Shown here in pieces: positions 45,902-52,565 of a DNA stretch of 52,565 nucleotides. The DNA is from Elusimicrobiota bacterium. GTDB taxonomy: Bacteria > Elusimicrobiota > Elusimicrobia > UBA1565. Location: assembly GCA_043819795.1 (NCBI GenBank), contig JBDREN010000141.1, forward strand, positions 1 through 52,565. Direction: 5' to 3'. The notes under the pieces are model-generated. The model searched no databases. It saw nothing but the letters and a program-made list of their open reading frames with translations, and was not told the origin of the DNA. Numbering within the stretch: position 1 is the stretch's first letter; each line of letters begins with the position of its first letter. Position numbers and translations under genes: made by a program.

Positions 45902-47413
45902 CTACGTCCCGGAAGCCGTCTTCCCGGCGCCGACCGCGGCCGTCAGCCCCAGGTAGGTGAAGAAGGAGACCCCGAAGCTGACGAACCAGGCGTAGTGATA
46001 CAGGCTCATCCAGAAATCCGGCACCTCGGCGATCTTGATCGTCCCGGCGAACCCGGGCACGCAGGGCAGGATGCCCAAGACCAGCGCCGCGACGGCCACC
46101 GGGTTGAAGCCCCGGCTGTAGGCGTATTCCCCTTCGGCGGCGTAGAGCGCGGGCAGGTCGAGCTTCGTGCGCCTGAGCACGAAGTAGTCGCAGAGCAGGA
46201 CCCCCCCGATCGAGCCCAACAGGGCGGAGTAGCCCACGAGCCAGGTGAAGATATAGCCCGTCGGATCCTGGACCAGCTTCCAGGGCTGGATCAGGATGCC
46301 GATGACCCCGGTGATGAGCCCCCCCGCGCGGAACGAGATCCTCTTGGGCCAGATGTTCGAGAAGCCGTTCGCGGGGCTGACCACGTTCGCCGCCAGGTTG
46401 GTGGTCAGAGTCGCCAAGGTCAGGGCCACCATGCACACGACGACCACCGCCGGGTTCTGGAACCGGGAGAGGAGCTCGACCGGGTCCCACACCGCCTCGC
46501 CGAATATGATGACCGTCGCCGAGGTGACGGCCACGCCGATGAACGAGTACATCAGCATCGTGCTCGGCAGGCCGATCGCCTGGCCCAGGACCTGGTCCTT
46601 CTGGGAGCGCGCGTAGCGCGTGAAATCCGGGATATTGAGCGAGAGGGTGGCCCAGTAGCCCACCATGCCCGTCAGGGCCGGGAAGAAGAACGCCCAGAAC
46701 CGCCCCTCCCTGGGCCCGCCCGGGACGAACTGGGAAGGCTGCGACAGCATGGGCCCGAAGCCCCCCGCCTTCACGTAGGCCCAGATGAGCAGGCACACGC
46801 CGATGACGAGGAGGAACGGCGCGGCGTAGTCCTCCACGCGGCGGATGGACTCCATCCCCCTCCACACGATCCACATGTTGAGGGCCCAGAAGAAGAGGAA
46901 GCAGCCGAACTGGCAGGCGTTGATGCCGAAGAACGTCTTGGGCAGAGCGTCCATGCCCGGCAAGCCCACGCACGTCAGCTTGTAGATGGCCCACCCGCCT
47001 ATCCAGGTCTGGATGCCGAACCACCCGCAGGCGACCAAGGACCTCAAGGTGGCCGGGATATGCGCTCCGGCCATGCCGAAAGCCGCGCGGCAGTAGACGG
47101 GGAAGGGGATCCCGTACTTCGTGCCCGCGTGCGCGTTGAGCACCATGGGGAAAAGGACGATCACGTTGCCCAGGAGGATCGTCAAAAGCGCCTGCCACCA
47201 GTTCATCCCCTGGGCGATCATGGAGGAGGCCAGCATGTAGGTCGGGATGCACACCGACATACCGACCCACAAGGCCGCGATGTCCCACTTGCCCCACTTG
47301 CGCTCGGAAAGCCCCGCGGGGGCGATGTCGGAGTTCCAGTAGGGCGAGCCGGAGACGTCCGATACCAGCTCGTGGATGTTCCCGGTCACCTTCACGGACG
47401 TCGCTTCAGGCAT
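45902..47413 (-). CDS. NCS1 family nucleobase:cation symporter
   Basis: LWVGMSVCIPTY; GTKYGIPFPV; CGWFGIQTWIGG; WATLSLNIPDFTRY; NLAANVVSPA; multiple TM helices. Confidence 0.95.
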   Translation of the reverse strand: MPEATSVKVTGNIHELVSDVSGSPYWNSDIAPAGLSERKWGKWDIAALWVGMSVCIPTYMLASSMIAQGMNWWQALLTILLGNVIVLFPMVLNAHAGTKYGIPFPVYCRAAFGMAGAHIPATLRSLVACGWFGIQTWIGGWAIYKLTCVGLPGMDALPKTFFGINACQFGCFLFFWALNMWIVWRGMESIRRVEDYAAPFLLVIGVCLLIWAYVKAGGFGPMLSQPSQFVPGGPREGRFWAFFFPALTGMVGYWATLSLNIPDFTRYARSQKDQVLGQAIGLPSTMLMYSFIGVAVTSATVIIFGEAVWDPVELLSRFQNPAVVVVCMVALTLATLTTNLAANVVSPANGFSNIWPKRISFRAGGLITGVIGILIQPWKLVQDPTGYIFTWLVGYSALLGSIGGVLLCDYFVLRRTKLDLPALYAAEGEYAYSRGFNPVAVAALVLGILPCVPGFAGTIKIAEVPDFWMSLYHYAWFVSFGVSFFTYLGLTAAVGAGKTASGT

Positions 47414-47481
47414 GATGTGGCGTCAGGAGCCTCCTAGACGGACATAATGCGCAATTTCCGCACCCGCTTCAAGCAGGCGGC

Positions 47482-47550
47482 GAGTTACTCAATAGGCGGT
47501 ACCAGGTACCCGGATGTGAGTTACTCAAAGAACTCAATAAACTCAATGCC
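47482..47550. repeat. REP-like composite element, copy 2
   Basis: GAGTTACTCAAT (47482), GGTACCAGGTACC (47498-47510), GAGTTACTCAAAGAACTCAAT (47518-47538). Confidence 0.7.
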
Positions 47551-47578
47551 CGGCACCGCCAGCGGCACCGTCAGCCCG

Positions 47579-49936
47579 TCAGCGGGGGCGGCCGCAGCGG
47601 AAGCCTATGTAGTACTTCCAATGCGAGGGGGAGACGAGCGCGCCGAGGGCGAACACGCCGGCTCCGGTGCCCTCGCCCCAGAAGCCTCCGCGGATCACGG
47701 CCGTGACCATCCCGGTCACCCAGTCGAGCGAAACCGGCGAGCCGTACTGCGTGTAGACCTGGCCCCCGACGTTCTTCATGACGTCGTTGTTGTAGCCGCT
47801 GTAGGCGCCGTCCCACTCCACGATGGCGTTGTCCGTCGAGTTGGAGACCCCGGCCGCGGCCGTGCCCCACTCCCCGACGTATTCCCACAAGGAGCCGATC
47901 ATGTTCTCGGCCCCGTAGGCGGACAGGCAGTTCGTCCCGGTCCCCGTGACGCCGGGGCCGGTGTTCGATGACGCCGTCATGCAGTCGGGCGCGGTGCCGC
48001 TGGCCCCGGGATCCGGCGTGCCCGCGGCCGCGGCCTGCCAGATGCGGTTGGGCAGGAGCTCCTTGTTCACGTTCGTGCACGCGATGTTCGCCTGGAACCA
48101 TGTGATTTGGCGCGCGGGCGTGACCCCGCTGACGCTGCGCGCGTAGATGGGGTTGGCCGCCCCGGCGGGGCAGTCCGTGCCGTTGTCGCTGCAGGGATAG
48201 TCGTCGGTGCTGGCCCCGTACTGCGTCCCGCCGGTCGGCGTGGCCCACACCGAGCCCTCGTACTTGTCCACGCACCAGGCGCCGACCGCCACCATGTCGG
48301 ACGGGCAGGCTCTGAGACCGTCGGCGTAGGCCTTGGTCGCCGCGTCCTGATTCGCCGTCGGGTCGGCGAGGTTCGTGAGCTTATTGCCGCCTATATCCAG
48401 GTCCGCGTCTATATTGATCTCCGAGGACTCTATACTGCCTCCCAGGACGGAAACGCTACCCTGCAAAGCCGCGTTCGCGATGGACGTCGCCGGAAGCTCG
48501 ATCGAGCTCCCGACCCGGAACGCGTCCACGGTCCCAGAGGAGACGTAGAACGTGGCTCCCGTCTGGAGGGTTTCCTGGAGCTTGATGCCGGCGGCCTCCG
48601 TGATGTAGCCGGCGTCGTTGGCGAGCAGGGAAACGTTCTCCCCCTCTTCCATCACGGCGTCGTCCAGCCTGGACGTGGGGAACCTCCCGGAGGCCACGGC
48701 CGCGGTCGAGACCTCCACCCTGTCGTCGGAGAACTTGCCCGAGGAGACGGCCGCGGTGGAGAGCGACACCTTCGCGTCCGTCACGGCGCCGGCGCCGATC
48801 GCGTCGGCGCCCACGGCTCCGGGCGCGAGCGACTGGGCGAGCACGTCGGCGGGCAAGGTGCCGGCGCCGATGTCCGCCGTTTCGATCGCGTCGTCGGGGA
48901 GATCGATCGCGGTCTCGACCCTGAGGTCCTGGACCGTCCCCGAAGAAACGTAGAAGGTGGCGCCCGCCTGCAGGCTGTCCTGGATCTTGACGGCCGCGCT
49001 CTGCGCGATGTAGCCGGCGTCGTTGGCGAGCAAGGAAACGGCCTCCCCCTCCACCATCACCGCGGCCTCGAGCTTGCTCGCCGATATTCCCGCTGACGAA
49101 TTCACGTCCGCGTCCGCGATCGTGTCGTCCGCGATCTCCGCGGACTCCACTTGCTGGCCCATCAGGGAGACCGAGGAGGCGTCCAGGTTCGCCAGCGGGA
49201 CGAGCCCGCCCCCGTCGAGCAGGAGCAGCCTGCCCGCCAAGTTGAAGGTATTCCCCTGCAGCGTCACCGACGAGGCCTCCAGATCGATCTCGGCGACGCT
49301 GCCGACGGCGGTCACCTCGAACTGGGCCGCGTCGAAGTCGAGCGCGCCGGTGGGATTCACCTTGTCCGCCCCGCCCTCCCGGCTCACGATGGAGCCCGCC
49401 GAGTCGTCGAAGCCGTCGGCGAAGTCCGCCGGCATGTTCTTGATCTGCGTCCAGTCCACCGCGTTCGTCGAGAGGTTCAAGGTGGACGGCTGGGACGGGT
49501 CTTTCTCCAGGACCGAAAGGGGGACGACCGCGTCGGAGGAAAGGGCCTGGCTCACCAGCGCGAAGGGGGCGGAGACGATCTCCTCGGCGGGGGAAAGGGT
49601 CACCGCGTCGACGGCGATCTCCATGAACCGGGGCCCGGCGAAGGTGCCCGTGGAGAGGTGGGCCGGCGTGCCGGTCTCCAGCACCACGCTGAAAAGCCCC
49701 TCGGTCACGAGGATGTTGTGGGTCTCGCTGGTCCAGACGAGCGTCCCGCCCGAGGCGGCGTCGTACATCTTGAACACGAAACTCTTGATCCCGCTGGCCG
49801 GCTCCCCGCTCTCCTCGAGCCTGCCCTGGAAATTGATGCGCATGGGGGCCGCCGCGAAGGCCTCGATCACGCCTGGGCCGCTCGCCAGGAACCAGAAGAG
49901 CATGACGCCGTACGCCGCAAAAAGGATCTTTCTCAT
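47579..49936 (-). CDS. Secreted fibre-like protein with a C-terminal FGE-sulfatase/C-type-lectin-fold domain
   Basis: Signal peptide; INFQGRL...FKMYDAASGG..VW N-domain; fibre repeats (EIADDTIADAD, GAVTDAKV, duplicated LLANDAGYI...LQxGATFYVSSGTV); neck-like NKLTNLADPTANQDAATKAY; CVDKYE...NMIGSLWEY...RGGFW...IGFRC. Confidence 0.8.
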   Translation of the reverse strand: MRKILFAAYGVMLFWFLASGPGVIEAFAAAPMRINFQGRLEESGEPASGIKSFVFKMYDAASGGTLVWTSETHNILVTEGLFSVVLETGTPAHLSTGTFAGPRFMEIAVDAVTLSPAEEIVSAPFALVSQALSSDAVVPLSVLEKDPSQPSTLNLSTNAVDWTQIKNMPADFADGFDDSAGSIVSREGGADKVNPTGALDFDAAQFEVTAVGSVAEIDLEASSVTLQGNTFNLAGRLLLLDGGGLVPLANLDASSVSLMGQQVESAEIADDTIADADVNSSAGISASKLEAAVMVEGEAVSLLANDAGYIAQSAAVKIQDSLQAGATFYVSSGTVQDLRVETAIDLPDDAIETADIGAGTLPADVLAQSLAPGAVGADAIGAGAVTDAKVSLSTAAVSSGKFSDDRVEVSTAAVASGRFPTSRLDDAVMEEGENVSLLANDAGYITEAAGIKLQETLQTGATFYVSSGTVDAFRVGSSIELPATSIANAALQGSVSVLGGSIESSEINIDADLDIGGNKLTNLADPTANQDAATKAYADGLRACPSDMVAVGAWCVDKYEGSVWATPTGGTQYGASTDDYPCSDNGTDCPAGAANPIYARSVSGVTPARQITWFQANIACTNVNKELLPNRIWQAAAAGTPDPGASGTAPDCMTASSNTGPGVTGTGTNCLSAYGAENMIGSLWEYVGEWGTAAAGVSNSTDNAIVEWDGAYSGYNNDVMKNVGGQVYTQYGSPVSLDWVTGMVTAVIRGGFWGEGTGAGVFALGALVSPSHWKYYIGFRCGRPR

Positions 49937-49948
49937 GGCTCTCGCCTC

Positions 49949-50491
49949 CTACTTGATGACCATCAGCTTTCCGCTCTTGACCGCGCCCGCGGCCTTGATG
50001 ACGTAGAGATACACTCCGCTGGCCAGGCCTTCTCCACGCTCGTTGGTGACGTTCCACTCGACGGAGTTTCCCGCGCCCGACTTGATCAAAGTCTTGACCA
50101 GCCGTCCCGAGATGGTATAGACCCTGACCTCCGCGTCCCGAGTCAGGCCGGTGAACGTGATCTTGGCGTGGCCCCGGTACGGCCTGAAGGGTACCGGGAA
50201 GGCATGGGCGCCCGAAAGGTCATCGGCCGCGGACACGACCGGCGCGGCCGCGGAGGCGAACCCGCCCTGCATCGCGAACTGGCCGCCCGACATCCGCGAG
50301 CCGCCTCCCCACTGGCCCGTGCCCGAAGAGGCGATCCGGAAACGGCCCTGCGAAGGCCGGCTACCCCCTCCGCTGGTGCCCGCGATCAAGGGGATGCGGA
50401 AGCTCCCCCCGGTCAACACGGCGGCGCACAGAGAGCCAAGCGCCGTGAGGAACGCCGCCGCCAGCAGGAGCCCAGCCTTACGGAAAGTCAT
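49949..50491 (-). CDS. Small secreted protein: Gly-rich three-repeat segment plus FlgD-Ig/T9SS-like sorting domain
   Basis: Signal peptide; GGSFRI / QGRFRI / GGQFAM; then AFPVPFRP...VYTISGRLV...WNVTNERGEGLASGVYLY...KLMVIK. Confidence 0.8.
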   Translation of the reverse strand: MTFRKAGLLLAAAFLTALGSLCAAVLTGGSFRIPLIAGTSGGGSRPSQGRFRIASSGTGQWGGGSRMSGGQFAMQGGFASAAAPVVSAADDLSGAHAFPVPFRPYRGHAKITFTGLTRDAEVRVYTISGRLVKTLIKSGAGNSVEWNVTNERGEGLASGVYLYVIKAAGAVKSGKLMVIK

Positions 50492-52137
50492 CTCCCCGCC
50501 TCCTCCAGTCTCTTGAGCGCCTTCTCGGCCGCGGCCCGGACACGGCCGTCCTCGTCCTTCAAAGCCCCCTCAAGCGCCCTGATGGCGCTCAGGCCCCCGA
50601 AATATCCCAGCACGGTGGCGGCGTTCATCCGCACGTCCGGATGCCCGTCCCGCAGCATCCCTGTCAAAGGACGCACCGCCCGCCTGTCGCGCAGCAGGCC
50701 CAGGGCGATGATGGCTCCCAGACGCGCGTCCTTGTCCCGGTCCTTCAGGAGCTCGAGCACGGGCCCCACGGCGCTCTTGACGCCCAGCTTGCCCAGGGCC
50801 ATGGCCGCATGCGCCCGGACGCTGGCGTATTCGTCTTTCAGGCTCGCGACAAGGAGCTTCACCGCGCGCCCGCCGCCCATCTCGCCCAGCCCCTCCACCG
50901 CCTCGTACCGCTCGTACTCGTCGCCGTTCTCCAGCGCCCGCGCAAAGTACGCGAACGTCCCCGGCGCGGACGCGGCCTCAGCTTCGGCCGCCCACCTCTC
51001 CGCCGGCGGCGCGGCGGCAGTTTCCCCCGGAGAGGAAGCGGCGGCCCGCCCCCTCGGCGCAGGCTCGGATTCGGCGGCCGGTCTCCTCCCCGCCGGCCGG
51101 ACGGCCGCTCGTTTCGGGGCCGGCCGGCGCCTGCTCCCGGCTCCGCGGACCGGCTCCGCCTCCTCCCCGCGAGCGAACCGCATCAAGATGCCGAACCGAT
51201 GGACCGTGTCCAGGTCGCCGGAATCGACGAACGCGTAGTCCACCTCGAAGTCCGCGGGCAGAAGCCTTCCCATCCTCAGCCCCACCCCGAACGTCAGCCC
51301 GGAGCCCACGTCCCTGTAGGACTCATACCCCGCCCTGATCGCGAGCACGTCGTAGAGCCGGTTCTCGACGCCGAGCGCCACGTAGGGATCCCCGTCCGCG
51401 GGAAAGTGCCCCTCGATGGAGCACGCGAACGCGTACCTCTCGCCGGGCTCGATCCCATAGGACGCTCCCGCCTTCCCCTTGAGCGGAAGGGGAAATCCTT
51501 CCTCGACGAACTTCATCTTCGTCCCGACCACGTTGTCGGCCCCCAGGCCGATCCTGACGCCGCGCCACGCCGGCTTGAGCAACAACCCCAAGTCCGCGCC
51601 GAAGCCCGCCGCCTTTTCGGTGTCCAGGCGCTCTTGGATATACTTCAGGTTGACCCCCCAAAGGATCTCTCGCAGCCAGGCGCCCCGAAGCTCCGCCCCC
51701 CTGGCGTACGCCATGTTGACGGCGAGATCGGACGCGGAAACGGAGCCCATGGGCTCGTCGTTCTCGTCATACGCGTCGAAACCGTCCACGGAAAGGGAGT
51801 TCAGGCCGATCCCGAACGTTCCCCACCGGGGATGGGGATAGGCGTACGCCGCCCACTCCTGTGTGACCCCCTCGAAATATCGGTTGTGCGTGAAGGCGGC
51901 CTGCTGCGACCCGAGCTGGGCCAAGCCCGCGGGATTGTAGGCGATGGCGTTGACGTCGTCGGCCAGGGCGGCGAAGGCGCCCCCCAGGCTCGCGGGCCGG
52001 GCGGCCAGGGGGATGTTCAGGAAGTCGGCGCCGCTCGTGCCCGGACCCCCGCAGAAGCCCAAGGGGACCAACAGGAAATACGCCATGCCCGTGATGATCG
52101 GGACGGCCGCCCGCCCGCGCCGGACCTTCGCTCTCAT
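50488..52137 (-). CDS. PorV/PorQ-family beta-barrel fused to HEAT/PBS-lyase repeats
   Basis: GADFLNIPLAARPASLGGAF...YNPAGL; DYAFVDSGDLDTVHRFG; Ala/Pro linker; LKDExxxVRxxAAxALG repeats. Start taken at ATG 52137. Confidence 0.85.
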   Translation of the reverse strand: MRAKVRRGRAAVPIITGMAYFLLVPLGFCGGPGTSGADFLNIPLAARPASLGGAFAALADDVNAIAYNPAGLAQLGSQQAAFTHNRYFEGVTQEWAAYAYPHPRWGTFGIGLNSLSVDGFDAYDENDEPMGSVSASDLAVNMAYARGAELRGAWLREILWGVNLKYIQERLDTEKAAGFGADLGLLLKPAWRGVRIGLGADNVVGTKMKFVEEGFPLPLKGKAGASYGIEPGERYAFACSIEGHFPADGDPYVALGVENRLYDVLAIRAGYESYRDVGSGLTFGVGLRMGRLLPADFEVDYAFVDSGDLDTVHRFGILMRFARGEEAEPVRGAGSRRRPAPKRAAVRPAGRRPAAESEPAPRGRAAASSPGETAAAPPAERWAAEAEAASAPGTFAYFARALENGDEYERYEAVEGLGEMGGGRAVKLLVASLKDEYASVRAHAAMALGKLGVKSAVGPVLELLKDRDKDARLGAIIALGLLRDRRAVRPLTGMLRDGHPDVRMNAATVLGYFGGLSAIRALEGALKDEDGRVRAAAEKALKRLEEAGR

Positions 52138-52317
52138 CAGTCCACCAAGCAAGAAACGCCCCTTTCCCCTCCGGCCCCGCCCGTCCAAACGCGGAAGGTC
52201 TTGCGCAAAGGATAGAGACAATGTGTTAGGAAATCAAGGATTTTGCCGCCATCGCAGAAATCCCATTAATATATTGGCTTTTTATCGCCTCCTAGAGACG
52301 GCCAGGCGGCGTCACTC

Positions 52318-52420
52318 ATTGAGTTCTTTGAGTAACTCGCGGCCGGGTGCCAGGCACCGAGATGCCAGGCACCGAGATGCGGCCGGGTGCCAGGCACCGA
52401 GATTTAAGGCACCGAGATTT
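52318..52420. repeat. REP-like composite element, copy 3, with tandem expansion
   Basis: ATTGAGTTCTTTGAGTAACTC (reverse complement of the motif at 47518); GGTGCCAGGCACC at 52346 and 52386; AGGCACCGAGAT four times. Confidence 0.8.
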
Positions 52421-52565
52421 AGTTAACAAAGTGGATCTTCTCGGAATAGAGTGGGTATCTTAAGTATGGCACCATTGGGAGTCATGTCGTAGATAAACAA
52501 AGGGCATCCCTCCTTCTTGGTACAAGGATGTTGTCGAGACACCTTGGCCAAGAGGGGGAGGGATG

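Noticed and set aside
354..51238. Many long alternative-frame and antisense ORFs (e.g. 3353-7189, 6810-8957, 21880-24912, 41883-43910, 49151-51238)
   Set aside because: Arg/Gly/Pro-rich shadow frames of high-GC genes; they overlap well-supported CDSs and show no family motifs.
10049..52221. Longest-ORF starts from the track (10049, 12924, 13862, 14344, 16548, 19313, 21691, 28935, 41207, 52221)
   Set aside because: Downstream starts fit the RBS, gene overlaps, signal peptides and family N-termini better.
52339..52420. CRISPR array
   Set aside because: Repeat units are 12-18 bp with very short, non-unique spacers, and there are no cas genes.

Overview
High-GC bacterial window, probably Elusimicrobiota or a similar lineage (inferred from the gene repertoire, not proven). 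It contains about 37 genes and no rRNA, tRNA or CRISPR array that I can support. In order: (1) the 3' part of a giant beta-helix/G8/FN3 surface protein with a T9SS/FlgD-like C-terminal domain, followed by a PorV-family partner; (2) a secreted phosphatase and a flavin reductase; (3) an ECF sigma/anti-sigma/two Spy-like gene operon, with the same candidate promoter motif occurring twice; (4) a [NiFe]-hydrogenase maturation operon, hypFCDE plus a Thermococcales-type HypA and an Mrp-type ATPase, with hypE frameshifted in a G6 run; (5) an oversized GlmS-like protein and a hybrid histidine kinase; (6) a 12-kb metabolic cluster joining the saccharopine lysine pathway (LKR, SDH, ALDH7) to homoaconitase-like and homoisocitrate-dehydrogenase-like enzymes, a divergent two-subunit CoA ligase and a citryl-CoA lyase. 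This is the best candidate for a new pathway, a reversed alpha-aminoadipate route; (7) a Fic toxin-antitoxin islet bounded by a 176-bp duplication of the ALDH 3' end; (8) adenosine deaminase, three pilin-like genes and an NCS1 transporter; (9) an operon of PorV-HEAT, a small sorting-domain protein and a fibre with a CLec/FGE tip. REP-like palindromic repeats occur in several intergenic regions. All family calls come from motif recognition by eye; no database searches were run.
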